Assembly (NCBI GenBank): GCA_016935555.1
Contig: JAFGQR010000138.1
Span: 21,888 to 85,887 of the forward strand
Reading direction: 5' to 3'
DNA length: 64,000 nt
Source of the DNA: Verrucomicrobiota bacterium
GTDB lineage: Bacteria > Verrucomicrobiota > Verrucomicrobiia > Limisphaerales > JAFGQR01
Shown: positions 18,593-28,448 of the stretch, piece by piece
Numbering within the stretch: position 1 is the stretch's first letter
Layout of the letters: each line of letters starts with the position of its first letter
Notes under the pieces: generated by a model
Database searches by the model: none
The model's input: only the letters and a program-made list of their open reading frames with translations
Told to the model about the DNA's origin: nothing
Made by a program: the position numbers and the translations under genes

Positions 18593-19012
18593 ATGCGCCG
18601 CTTTTCGCAACGCAGCCACCTCGTGACACTGGCGGAGATCAATCTCACGCCGCTGATGGACCTGGCGTTCGTGCTGCTCATCATCTTCGTCATCACCACC
18701 CCCCTGCTCGAACAGGGCATGAACCTCAGCCTGCCCATCGGAGGCCAGCCCGACACCCGCAAGGTCGACCCCCGCGACATTCGAACCGTCGAGGTGAGTT
18801 CCCGGGGCACCTACATGATGTCCGGCTACTCGCTCACCCTGGACCAGATCGCCACCTGGCTCATCCACGACGCCCGCCGCAACCCCAACCTCATCGTGGA
18901 TGTGCGCGGCGACGAAATGGCCCCGTACAAATTTGTCGCCGCCATCTTCGACCGGCTCGAACAGGCCGGCATTGGGAACGTGTCCCTGCGGACGCAACCC
19001 CCAAAACCCTGA
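18593..19012 (+). CDS. tolR: ExbD/TolR biopolymer transport protein
   Basis: Internal ATG of ORF 18494..19012. MRRFSQRSHLVTLAEINLTPLMDLAFVLLIIFVITTP is the canonical ExbD/TolR N-terminus. Confidence 0.85.
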   Translation: MRRFSQRSHLVTLAEINLTPLMDLAFVLLIIFVITTPLLEQGMNLSLPIGGQPDTRKVDPRDIRTVEVSSRGTYMMSGYSLTLDQIATWLIHDARRNPNLIVDVRGDEMAPYKFVAAIFDRLEQAGIGNVSLRTQPPKP

Positions 19013-19018
19013 GCCGCC

Positions 19019-19930
19019 ATGAACCGCCTCGAACGGAAATGCCTGCTCGCCTCGTCGGGATTGCACGCCCTCCTGCTGATCCTGCTGATCTCCGGCACCG
19101 CGTTCATCACGCCCGCCAAAAAACCCGTCCAGGCCGAGCAGCTCCGCGTCGTTCCCACCCGGCTGATTGATGCGGCGTTTTCCGGCGGCGGCGGCGACCC
19201 CACCGCCCCACGTGCCGACGCCCAAGTCCAAGGACAACCCATCCCCCCCAAGCCCGCGCCGCCCGCGCCCAAACCGGAGCCGCCCGCGCCCAAACCGGAG
19301 CCGCCCGCGCCCAAACCGGAGCCGCCGCCCAAGGCGCAGCTCAAGAAGGAGGTGCCCCGGGTCAGTTTGCCGCCCACAGACGACGCCAAGAAGACGGCCC
19401 AGCCGAAGGTGACGGCTGCGGGCAAGGCGAGGGACACGGCGATGCCGAAGATTGAGCTGAAGCCGGTGAAGCGGTCGCAGAGCGCTGCGGCGGCCGCCCG
19501 TGCGAAGGCCGAGGCGCGCGCCTGGGAGCAGGCGGCGCGGCAGCAGGCGTCGCGCATCGGGAAGGTGGTGAGCGGATTGCAGCGGGCCGGGTTCGAGCAG
19601 GGGACGGTGGTGGCGGTCCACGGGCCGGGGGGGGAGGCCTATGGGAATTACGGGCAATTTGTGAAATCGGTGTATGAAGACGCGTGGGTGGTGACGGGGG
19701 ATTTCGAGGAGGAGACGGCGACTGCCCAGGCGACGGTGGTGATTGCGCGGGATGGCAACGTCATTTCGAGCCATCTATCGAAGCGCTCCGGCAACGCGCT
19801 GCTGGACCGCTCGGTGCAGGCCGCCCTGAACAAGGTTCGTTTTGTCGCGCCGTTCCCCGACGGGGCGCGCGAGCATTCGCGCACGTTCGTCATCAATTTC
19901 AACCTCAACGCCAAACGCCTTGCCGGATGA
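19019..19930 (+). CDS. tolA: TolA/TonB-like energy-transducer protein (N-terminal anchor, Pro-rich spacer, TonB_C-like C-terminal domain)
   Basis: Anchor LLASSGLHALLLILLISGTAFI. Pro-rich spacer PKPAPPAPKPEPPAPKPEPPAPKPEPPPK. C-terminus VVIARDGNVISSHLSKRSGNALLDRSVQAALNKVRFVAPFP. It sits between tolR and tolB. Its stop overlaps the tolB ATG (ATGA at 19927-19930). Confidence 0.7.
   Translation: MNRLERKCLLASSGLHALLLILLISGTAFITPAKKPVQAEQLRVVPTRLIDAAFSGGGGDPTAPRADAQVQGQPIPPKPAPPAPKPEPPAPKPEPPAPKPEPPPKAQLKKEVPRVSLPPTDDAKKTAQPKVTAAGKARDTAMPKIELKPVKRSQSAAAAARAKAEARAWEQAARQQASRIGKVVSGLQRAGFEQGTVVAVHGPGGEAYGNYGQFVKSVYEDAWVVTGDFEEETATAQATVVIARDGNVISSHLSKRSGNALLDRSVQAALNKVRFVAPFPDGAREHSRTFVINFNLNAKRLAG
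19261..19323 (+). repeat. Perfect 21-bp tandem repeat x3 (GCCCGCGCCCAAACCGGAGCC) inside tolA-like gene
   Basis: Three identical units at 19261-19281, 19282-19302 and 19303-19323, in frame, together encoding the PAPKPEP heptapeptide repeats of the Pro-rich spacer. Confidence 0.9.
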
Positions 19931-21252
19931 AGCTCACACCGTCTCTCCCCATCCCCACCCCCACTGTCAAACCGCCTGCGGACCGCGGCGGCGGCGCGGT
20001 CGCATCCGCGCGGGGGGCCCGGTTGAGGCCGCCGGGGTTTCCGGGCGGGGGGCGGGTTCGAAAGGGGCGCGGGACTGTCCGGGCAGGGGGTTGGTGGCGC
20101 GGCGGGGTGGGGGCATGGGTGGTGCTGGCCGCGCCGGCGCTGTGGGCCCAGACCGAGCTGGACATCACGAAGAGCGTCGACGTGCACGGCTTTCTCAAGC
20201 CCGTTCCGGTTCACGTTTCGGGATTCACCGGCGAGGCGGACAGCGTCCTGAAGAACGATCTCCTGTTCATGGGCATCGCCCACGTGCCCGCCGCGGAGGC
20301 GAAGTTCGTCGTCACCGGCAGCAACGCCGGGCGCGTCGAAGGGCGGGTTGTGGAGAAGTTCAACCAGCACCAGCGCCTGGCCAAGGCGTATGCGGGCGGC
20401 ACGATCCGCGCGCAGGTGCACGCGTTTGCGGATGACGTTGCCAGGGAGTTGACCGGTCAGCCCGGGATTGCGCAGACGTCGATCGCGTTCCGGGTGGAAA
20501 CGGGCGGGGGCCGGAGTGAGATTTACGTGTCGGACTACGACGGGCACAACGCGCGGCAGGTGACGCGGGATGAGTCGATGGCGGCGGCGCCGGCATGGGG
20601 GGGGCGGTCGATGTTGTATTACGACAGCTACAAGCTGGGCCGGCTGAATGTGTTTGCGCACGAACTGGCCAGCGGCTCGCGCCGGTCGATCACGCCCTAC
20701 GGCGGGTCGAGCATGAGCCCGGCCGTGTCGCCCAACGGCCAGCGCGTGGCCATGATCCTGAGCAAGAGCGGCAACCCGGACCTGTATGTGGCCGACCGCA
20801 ACGGCGCCAATCCGCAGCGGCTCACCTCGACCAGGGAAGCCGAGTCCTCCCCGTGCTGGTCGCCCGACGGCGCGTCCATTTGTTTCGTGTCGCGGACGCG
20901 GGGTCCGGCGGGCCTGTATGTTGTCCCGGCCGCAGGCGGCCCGATGCGCCGGCTCACCACGGCCGGGGTTCCCAACGCGACGGAACCCGACTGGTCGCCG
21001 GACGGCAAGTGGATCGTGTTCACCACCATGATGCGGCAATTCCACATCTGCGTGGTCAAGGCCGGCGGCGGCGAGGCGCGGGTCGTGGTCGAAGGCGAGG
21101 ACCCGTCGTGGGCGCCCAATTCCCGGGCGGTGGTGTTTTGCAGGGGGCCCGATCACGGCAAATCGTTGTCTTTGCTTGACGTGCCCACGGCGAAGGTCAA
21201 AACTATGCGCCGATTTTTGGGGAGCAATTCGCAGCCGAGTTGGGCTCGATGA
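19927..21252 (+). CDS. tolB: TolB (Tol-Pal system beta-propeller protein)
   Basis: PD40/WD40-like propeller repeats (SPAVSPNGQRVAMIL, SPCWSPDGASICFVS, EPDWSPDGKWIVFTT) with a TolB N-terminal domain before them. The ATG 19927 start overlaps the tolA stop. The signal-like segment WVVLAAPALWAQ lies about 70 aa in, so a downstream GTG/TTG start is possible. Confidence 0.85.
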   Translation: MKLTPSLPIPTPTVKPPADRGGGAVASARGARLRPPGFPGGGRVRKGRGTVRAGGWWRGGVGAWVVLAAPALWAQTELDITKSVDVHGFLKPVPVHVSGFTGEADSVLKNDLLFMGIAHVPAAEAKFVVTGSNAGRVEGRVVEKFNQHQRLAKAYAGGTIRAQVHAFADDVARELTGQPGIAQTSIAFRVETGGGRSEIYVSDYDGHNARQVTRDESMAAAPAWGGRSMLYYDSYKLGRLNVFAHELASGSRRSITPYGGSSMSPAVSPNGQRVAMILSKSGNPDLYVADRNGANPQRLTSTREAESSPCWSPDGASICFVSRTRGPAGLYVVPAAGGPMRRLTTAGVPNATEPDWSPDGKWIVFTTMMRQFHICVVKAGGGEARVVVEGEDPSWAPNSRAVVFCRGPDHGKSLSLLDVPTAKVKTMRRFLGSNSQPSWAR

Positions 21253-21277
21253 TTGGTCTCCGCAAGCAAACGCAAAC

Positions 21278-21883
21278 ATGAAACTATTCACTAACGCCTG
21301 TTGGCTGGTCGTCGCCGTGCTTCTGTCCGCGAGTGTCGTGGGCTGCAAACGTAACCCCGGTCGCATCACCACAATCCCCGGCACCAGGCCGGGCGCGGTG
21401 GGGGACACCGCGGGCATGCCGCTGGATACCAACCCCCTGGCCAGCGGCGTCGGGTCCGAGGGCATGGTGGATGAGGCCACCGGCGGCATCGCGGCCAGCA
21501 CCGTCCCGCTGCACCAGTGGACCCCGTCGGCCGAGCAGCCCTTCGCCACGGACACCGTCTATTTCGACTTTGACAAATCGAACATCCGCCCCAGCGAGGT
21601 GCCGAAGATCCTCAAGGTGGGCAGCGCCATGGGCAGTTATGCGGGCAAGGCGCTGCGGATCGAAGGCCACTGTGACGAGCGCGGCACCGAGGAATACAAC
21701 CGTGCGCTGGGCGAACGCCGCGCGTTGTCCATCCGCGAATACCTGGCCCAACAGGGGGTCAGCCCGCAGTTGATCGACACCATCAGCTTCGGTGAAGACC
21801 GCCCCGCCGACCCGGGCCACAACAGCGAGGCCTGGTCCAAAAACCGCCGCGGCGAGTTCATCCTGCTCGACCCGCCCAAGTAA
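21278..21883 (+). CDS. pal: Peptidoglycan-associated lipoprotein, OmpA-family C-terminal domain
   Basis: Internal ATG of ORF 21176..21883. Lipobox MKLFTNACWLVVAVLLSASVVGC. OmpA_C motifs VYFDFDKSNIRP, IEGHCDERGTEEYNRALGERRA and NRRGEF. Confidence 0.9.
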   Translation: MKLFTNACWLVVAVLLSASVVGCKRNPGRITTIPGTRPGAVGDTAGMPLDTNPLASGVGSEGMVDEATGGIAASTVPLHQWTPSAEQPFATDTVYFDFDKSNIRPSEVPKILKVGSAMGSYAGKALRIEGHCDERGTEEYNRALGERRALSIREYLAQQGVSPQLIDTISFGEDRPADPGHNSEAWSKNRRGEFILLDPPK

Positions 21884-21926
21884 AACCCGCCCGAGCCGCT
21901 AACAAGCCCATCGCCGCGCCGTGGCG

Positions 21927-21961
21927 GCCCCGCATCCCGCGGGCGGGGCAGGGGTTCTTTT
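21927..21961 (+). terminator. Possible intrinsic terminator after pal
   Basis: GCCCCGC (21927-21933) pairs with GCGGGGC (21943-21949) across a 9-nt loop, followed by aggggTTCTTTT. The gap between stem and T-tract weakens the call. Confidence 0.35.
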
Positions 21962-22015
21962 CGTGCTTTACATTGAACGCGGCGCGCCTAGGTTACGGTA
22001 GTAGTTGCAACTGAT

Positions 22016-22342
22016 ATGAACACCATTGTGTATGCGATGCTGGGGTGGCCGGAGATTGTCGGGATCCTGATCATTGTGCTGGTCCTGTTTGGTGCCAAAA
22101 AGGTGCCCGAGCTGATGCGCGGCCTGGGCAGCGGCCTCAAGGAATTCAAAAAGGCCACCCGCGAAGTCCAGGATGAACTGCAGCAGGCGATCGAAGACGA
22201 ACCCACCCCCTCCCACCGGACAAAGCCGGAACCGGCGTCAAGCACGGCGCACTCGGAATCCCCGGACGACCATGCGGACGAATCGTCTCCCCCGGCGGAC
22301 CCGGCTGCGGGCGGTGAGCATTGGAGCCAGCGGCCTTCCTGA
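22016..22342 (+). CDS. tatA: Twin-arginine translocase TatA/E family protein
   Basis: [38 protein letters not shown] is the canonical TatA helix-hinge-amphipathic helix. An acidic/Pro-rich tail follows. Confidence 0.9.
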   Translation: MNTIVYAMLGWPEIVGILIIVLVLFGAKKVPELMRGLGSGLKEFKKATREVQDELQQAIEDEPTPSHRTKPEPASSTAHSESPDDHADESSPPADPAAGGEHWSQRPS

Positions 22343-22362
22343 AGCCCGCTGAAGGACGGCGC

Positions 22363-23394
22363 ATGGTTCAGGAGCCCGAAGACGGGCGGTCTCACCCCGA
22401 GGAGGAGGAGGATGGGGGGGGGCCGGTCAAGACGTTTCTGGAGCACTTGGAGGACCTGCGGTGGACGCTGGTCAAGTGCCTGGTGTCGTTGGTGCTCGCG
22501 ATGGTGATTTGCCTGGTGGCGGGCAAGTTCCTCGTGGCGGTGCTCATGTGGCCGCTGAACAACGCCGAGCATGTGTTCCATCGAAACCGGCAGGGCATTC
22601 CCGTGTTGATCGGCACGAGCACAAACGCCATCGGGCGGGTGCAGTTGGGTGAATTCGGCGCGGGATTGTGGGACAGCAACGTGGCGGTGGGCGCCTTGCG
22701 GCTGATGCCGATGCGGGCGGGCACGAACACGCTGCTGGTGGTGCAGGCGGAGCCTGGCGCGGCAGCTGCCGCGGGGCACAAGCTGGTGTCGATCAAGAAT
22801 TACAGCCCGGTGGAGGGGATTTTGGTGGCGATGAAGCTGGCGTTGTACGGCGGCCTGGTGCTGGCGGCGCCGTTCCTGCTGTTGTTTATCGGGCAGTTCG
22901 TCCTGCCGGCCCTCAAGGTGCACGAGAAACGGCTCCTCTACCACTCCGTCGGAATCGGTTCCGTTCTCTTCTTCATCGGCGTGACCTTCTGCTATTTCAT
23001 CGTCTCCGCGATTGCGCTCGGAGCGACGGTGCAGTTTTCGCAGTGGCTGGGGTTCGCGGCGGACGAGTGGCGGGCGGATGCGTACATCGGCTTCATGTGC
23101 AAATTCATGCTCGGCATGGGGGTCGCCTTCGAACTGCCGGTCGTCATCCTGACCCTCGTGAAGATCGGACTGCTCGATTACGAGAAACTCGTCGGGTTCC
23201 GGACCTACGCCATCATCGGCAACCTGGTGGTCGCCGCCTTCGCGACCCCGTCCGGCGACCCCATCACCATGATGGTCATGGCCGCCCCGATGCAGCTGCT
23301 TTACGAGATCAGCCTGTTCATTTGCTGGCTGTGGGAACGCAAAGCCAGAAGGCTCGCCCAGGCCGAACAGGCGCAAGGCCAAAGCGCCGCCTGA
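22363..23394 (+). CDS. tatC: Twin-arginine translocase subunit TatC (with enlarged first periplasmic loop)
   Basis: FLEHLEDLRWTLVKCLVSLVLAMVI, FVLPALKVHEKR, FELPVVILTLVKIGL and ATPSGDPITMMVMAAPM. Start taken at ATG 22363 (MVQEPEDG), downstream of the tatA stop. The ORF start at 22321 would overlap tatA. Confidence 0.85.
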   Translation: MVQEPEDGRSHPEEEEDGGGPVKTFLEHLEDLRWTLVKCLVSLVLAMVICLVAGKFLVAVLMWPLNNAEHVFHRNRQGIPVLIGTSTNAIGRVQLGEFGAGLWDSNVAVGALRLMPMRAGTNTLLVVQAEPGAAAAAGHKLVSIKNYSPVEGILVAMKLALYGGLVLAAPFLLLFIGQFVLPALKVHEKRLLYHSVGIGSVLFFIGVTFCYFIVSAIALGATVQFSQWLGFAADEWRADAYIGFMCKFMLGMGVAFELPVVILTLVKIGLLDYEKLVGFRTYAIIGNLVVAAFATPSGDPITMMVMAAPMQLLYEISLFICWLWERKARRLAQAEQAQGQSAA

Positions 23395-23497
23395 AAGCGA
23401 GGCGCTTGCCTCAGACCCTTTGGGGCGCTGCAACAGCTCGAGGCGATGGCGGTTGGCACTGCGGCCCGGAATCCAAGACGCGCCTCGCTATGCAAAA

Positions 23498-23545
23498 CCG
23501 CTGCCCGGTTTTGAGCCAACATGAACTGCCGCACCGCAGGGGCGG
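23498..23545 (-). terminator. Terminator cassette (repeat family 2), copy 1, immediately downstream of the MFS transporter gene and also facing tatC
   Basis: CAAAACCG (23502-23509), a 5-nt loop, then CGGTTTTG (23515-23522): an A-tract/hairpin/T-tract, so potentially bidirectional. Flanking sequence is homologous to the copies at 40013-40072 and 47278-47335 (gcctcgctatgCAAAACCGCTGC..TTTTG..CCAACATG). Confidence 0.55.
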
Positions 23546-23555
23546 GCGGGGCCGT

Positions 23556-25472
23556 TCAGTGGCCTCCGGAGGCGCCGACGCCGTGGAGGGATTCGGCCTT
23601 GCTGAGGCTTGGCCAGTAGTAGCCGTAGAGGGCGATGCCGATGAAGCAGAGCATCGGCACGATGAAGCTCCGGGACATGTCGTAGCGGTCCGCCACGGCT
23701 CCCATCAGCTTCGGCAGAATGGCGCCGCCCATGATCGCCATGACGATGTAAGCCGAAGCGCGCTTGGCGCGGACACCGAGGCCGAAGATGCCGAGGGCGA
23801 AGATGGTGGGGAACATGATGGACATGAAGAAGTAGCTGAGGAAGACGCACACGACGGACAGCCAGCCCAGTTTGAGGAAGACGAGAAAGGTGATCAGGAC
23901 GTTCAGCAGCCCATAGAGCCCCAGCACCTTGTGCGCGGAGAATTTCCTCAGCAGGCCGGCGCCTGTGAACCGGCCGATCAGGAAACACACAAAACCCAGC
24001 GAGGCGAGGTTGGATGCACCCTTGTTGCTGATGCCGTAGATGCCGTCGGTGAACGCGAGCTCTTTCGGGAAGGCGTCGCTAAGGAGCAGGCGGTTCAGGC
24101 GGGGCCTGTTGGGTTGCTTGTCGTCGAGGGCCAGCAGTTCTCGGGTGCTCTCGCCCAGGGTGATGCCTTCGAAACGAGTCGGGTCGTAAACCGTGTGGTT
24201 TCTCACGATGGCATTGAGGTCCTGCAACAGCACGAGGCGCAATGCATGGGGATGCGACGCGGCGCCCTGGTATTGGGCCAGAGCATCGAGGGTGCCGCTC
24301 GACAGGTTGGTCGCGACGAAGGCGGAGACGCCATCGGGCGGCTGCTTCAGCCTTGCGGCAAACGCGGGTAGGTCCTTGATGTCCTTGGCGGTGAACGCGG
24401 TTCGGATCTCAATCAACTCTTTCGTCGTCTCGTTATGCCACGAGCTGGGAATGGGAGGCACTTCGGCGGTCATGTAATTGATGATGAAGCTGAAGATGCC
24501 AGCTTGCGCGGCGACGTAGAAGAACTGCGCCAGCGTGGCGGCGGAGAAGTGCGGATGGGACCACATGCTGTGATGCGTGATATTCCTGGCGGTGGACACC
24601 AGCAGGACCGCGACAATGACAAGCAAGACCGCTGCGCCGACCGCCATCTGGAGCGTGCTTGGCTCGATTTTGAACACTGAAAGGACCAACCATAGAATCA
24701 TCCCGCATATGCCGATCAGCACTGCCGCGTTGAACACCAACAGGGCATAGACAGGGCCGCGTTCCACCCCTCGGTCTGGCGTCGCCGTTCTCGCGCCATT
24801 CGCGTCGGAATCCTCCAGGTGGTAGTCGTCCTCGGTCTTGATGTCGGGCACACTGGCGTAATAGAACACTACGGCAAGGAGGATGACAACGACGGCGACG
24901 CCGGCATAGGGGATCCAGAGCGTTGCGGCCCCGGTGCTTTTCCCGGCGGCATCTTTGCTATAAAAGAACAGGCCGCCGGCGATGGGGCCGAGGATCCAAC
25001 CGATTCCGTTGCACGATTGGGCCAGGTTGATGCGGGTGGCGGCGTAGCGCGGTGGCCCCAGGACGGTCGTATAGGGATTGGCCACCGTCTCCAGGAACGT
25101 GAGCCCGGAAGCGATCGCGCAGACGCCCACGAGGAACGCCCAGAACGCGGCGATCTTGGTGGCCGGAATGAACCAAAAACCACCAAGCGCAACCATCAGC
25201 AACCCTGCGATGATGCCCCCTTTGTAGCCGAGGCGCGTGGCCAGCCAACCGGCGGGCAGCGACATCAGAAAATAGCCGAGGTAATGCGCGAACTGGACCC
25301 AGGCGGATTGGGCGAGGGTGAGGTGTAGTTCCTCCTGGAAATGTTTGTCCATGACGTCGATCATCCCGTTGCAGAACCCCCAGAGGAGAAACAGGGAGCT
25401 GACGAGAATGAAGGTGAACAACACGTTTCTGCCGTCCGCAGTGACGAACATGCTGGGCTTGTCTGTGCTCAT
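23556..25472 (-). CDS. MFS transporter of the FucP / glucose-galactose (FHS) family, unusually long (638 aa)
   Basis: N-terminal half FTFILVSSLFLLWGFCNGMIDVMDKHFQEELHLTLAQSAWVQFAHYLGYFLMSLPAGW...LTFLETVANPY...AQSCNGIGWILGP is FucP-like. Start at MSTDKPSMF (ATG 25472). See the finding on its insertions. Confidence 0.8.
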   Translation of the reverse strand: MSTDKPSMFVTADGRNVLFTFILVSSLFLLWGFCNGMIDVMDKHFQEELHLTLAQSAWVQFAHYLGYFLMSLPAGWLATRLGYKGGIIAGLLMVALGGFWFIPATKIAAFWAFLVGVCAIASGLTFLETVANPYTTVLGPPRYAATRINLAQSCNGIGWILGPIAGGLFFYSKDAAGKSTGAATLWIPYAGVAVVVILLAVVFYYASVPDIKTEDDYHLEDSDANGARTATPDRGVERGPVYALLVFNAAVLIGICGMILWLVLSVFKIEPSTLQMAVGAAVLLVIVAVLLVSTARNITHHSMWSHPHFSAATLAQFFYVAAQAGIFSFIINYMTAEVPPIPSSWHNETTKELIEIRTAFTAKDIKDLPAFAARLKQPPDGVSAFVATNLSSGTLDALAQYQGAASHPHALRLVLLQDLNAIVRNHTVYDPTRFEGITLGESTRELLALDDKQPNRPRLNRLLLSDAFPKELAFTDGIYGISNKGASNLASLGFVCFLIGRFTGAGLLRKFSAHKVLGLYGLLNVLITFLVFLKLGWLSVVCVFLSYFFMSIMFPTIFALGIFGLGVRAKRASAYIVMAIMGGAILPKLMGAVADRYDMSRSFIVPMLCFIGIALYGYYWPSLSKAESLHGVGASGGH

Positions 25473-25756
25473 GATCTTCGGAAAACGCCCCGGGCCGGTC
25501 ACGTTCGGGAGGCGGCCGCCGCGGGGCCAGGCGCGCACAGGCCCGCCGCCATACCCCGCTCAGCCGTCACCATGGCCCAGAGCGTCATCAAGGTTTGTCG
25601 GGACGTATCGGTATAGAAACCCGGCGATGCCGTCAACCCGCATTTCTTCGCGCTCGCCTCGCCGGGCCCCGGCTGGTAAAGGTGCCGCGATGCATCTGTC
25701 TCATGGGATCCATTTGGCCTACTGCACCAACATCCGCCCGGCTTGAGCCCCGTTCC

Positions 25757-26629
25757 ATGCCCGTCCGCCTCACACCGCATTCGGGGGTTCGCACCTTGCT
25801 CGTGCTGGGCCGGGTGTCGAATCTGCCGACGGTTTGGTCCAACTGCCTGGCGGGCTGGCTGCTGGCAGGCGGGGGCGACCCGGCGCGGCTGCTGGGCGCG
25901 GCATGGGGTGCGAGTTGGCTCTACCTGGGCGGCACGTATCTGAACGACGCGTTCGATGTCCCCTTCGACCGGCAGCATCGCCGCGAACGGCCGATTCCCG
26001 CCGGGCGGATCGACCTGAGGACCGTGTGGACGCTGGGCCTGACCTGGCTGGCGGTGGGGCTGCTGAGCCTGGCGTGGCTCAGCCAAACCACGATGCTGGT
26101 GGCGGTGCTCCTGGCCCTGACCATCCTCATCTATGACGCCGTGCACAACATCTTCGCCTTCTCCCCCGTCTTCATGGGAGCGGCCCGCAGCCTGTTGATC
26201 CTGCTGGCCGCCTCAACGGGACGCGACGGCATGACCGGATTCGCGCTGTGGTCGGCGCTGGCGCTGGGCAGCTACGTCGTCGGGCTGAGCTATCTGGCGC
26301 GCAAGGAAAGCATCCGGACGCCCGTCCAACCCTGGCCCTGCCTGTGGCTGGCGCCCCCGGTGGTGCTGGCGCTCATCGTGAATCGGGGGCCGCATTTCTG
26401 GCAGGGCCTGGCGCTGGGCGGGGCCCTGTCGATCTGGGTGGTGTATTGCCTGCGGGACACGTTCTGGACGGCGCAACGCAACCTGGGCCGCAGCGTGTCG
26501 GGTTTGCTGGCCGGAATTGTGTTGGTGGACCTGCTGGCGGTCTGTGGCGGCACCTGGGCGACGGCGCTGATGTTCGTGGGGCTTTTTGGGATGACGCTGG
26601 GGTTGCAGCGGTTTGTGCCCGGGAGATGA
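25757..26629 (+). CDS. UbiA family aromatic prenyltransferase
   Basis: Internal ATG (MPVRLTPHSG). RVSNLPTVWSNCLAGWLL, the first Asp-rich motif YLNDAFDVPFD, RPIPAGRI, and multiple TM helices. Substrate not assignable. Confidence 0.8.
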   Translation: MPVRLTPHSGVRTLLVLGRVSNLPTVWSNCLAGWLLAGGGDPARLLGAAWGASWLYLGGTYLNDAFDVPFDRQHRRERPIPAGRIDLRTVWTLGLTWLAVGLLSLAWLSQTTMLVAVLLALTILIYDAVHNIFAFSPVFMGAARSLLILLAASTGRDGMTGFALWSALALGSYVVGLSYLARKESIRTPVQPWPCLWLAPPVVLALIVNRGPHFWQGLALGGALSIWVVYCLRDTFWTAQRNLGRSVSGLLAGIVLVDLLAVCGGTWATALMFVGLFGMTLGLQRFVPGR

Positions 26630-26768
26630 ACCGTGTTTTTACGTGAAAACCATTCGGCAGCAAGCTCTTGCAATGATCATGCGCCCGTGGCCCAGGGAGC
26701 ATCCGCCCGATTCCCCAGAGCATGCACCAGCCCCCCGAACAGGACCCAACAAATTCTTGGAAAAACCG

Positions 26769-26797
26769 TTGACAAGCTCTCGACCATCCTCTTAACT
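26769..26797 (+). promoter_or_regulatory. Putative promoter of the tRNA-Thr/tuf transcription unit (TTGACA -17 nt- TTAACT)
   Basis: Perfect -35 TTGACA at 26769-26774, a 17-nt spacer, and a weak -10 TTAACT at 26792-26797, about 125 nt upstream of tRNA-Thr. Motif match only. Confidence 0.3.
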
Positions 26798-26849
26798 TCA
26801 CCGCTCAGTCGGCGGGCCGGAACAAAAATGATGCCATGAGCCCTAGATG

Positions 26850-26875
26850 GCTTTCTCGAGAAAGCGCGGGCTTAG
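26850..26875. repeat. Palindromic repeat family 1, degenerate loop-less copy: GCTTTCTC|GAGAAAGC-GCGGGCTTAG
   Basis: An 8+8 perfect palindrome at 26850-26865 followed by GCGGGCTTAGTG. Compare TGAGAAATGCGGGCTAGTG at 50147-50165. It lies in the leader between the putative promoter and tRNA-Thr. Confidence 0.5.
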
Positions 26876-26922
26876 TGGTGTCTTGTCGTTTCTCGGGCAG
26901 GACGAATTCTGATCCGGCTTTC

Positions 26923-26998
<76 letters not shown>

Positions 26999-27063
26999 GA
27001 CACGATGGAACGGACATTTGAGCAATAACGCAGCACAGAAACCAACCAAACGCAGGAGAACGC

Positions 27064-28257
<1,194 letters not shown>

Positions 28258-28347
28258 CGCAACGATGCGGGCCGGGGCGGCGCGGCGGGGAATCGCGCCT
28301 TTCCCCTCCCGGGTTTGGCAACACATGAAACAATTTGGCGGCAACGC

Positions 28348-28423
28348 AGGGCGTTAGCTCAATTGGTAGAGTAGCGGTCTCCAAAACCGTCGGTTGGGGG
28401 TTCGAGTCCCTCACGCCCTGCCA
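28348..28423 (+). tRNA. tRNA-Trp (anticodon CCA), 3' CCA encoded
   Basis: Acceptor AGGGCGT/ACGCCCT, anticodon arm GCGGT-CTCCAAA-ACCGT, T arm GGGGG-TTCGAGT-CCCTC. The position between tuf and secE is the common bacterial arrangement. Confidence 0.9.
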
Positions 28424-28448
28424 GCGTCGGCCGGCACGCAACTCGCGT

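Noticed and set aside
17768-21883. Calling the cluster exbB-exbD-tonB (TonB system) rather than tol-pal
   Set aside because: The three genes are followed directly, with an ATGA overlap, by a TolB propeller and an OmpA-domain lipoprotein. That is the canonical tolQRAB-pal order. The individual proteins alone could not distinguish the two systems.
26635-26650. GTTTTTAC|GTGAAAAC palindrome just after the UbiA gene, considered as a parS (TGTTTCACGTGAAACA) centromere site
   Set aside because: Only about 11 of 16 positions match the parS consensus by hand alignment, which is too divergent for ParB sites as I know them. There is no parAB nearby. It may be a weak hairpin or an unrelated operator.
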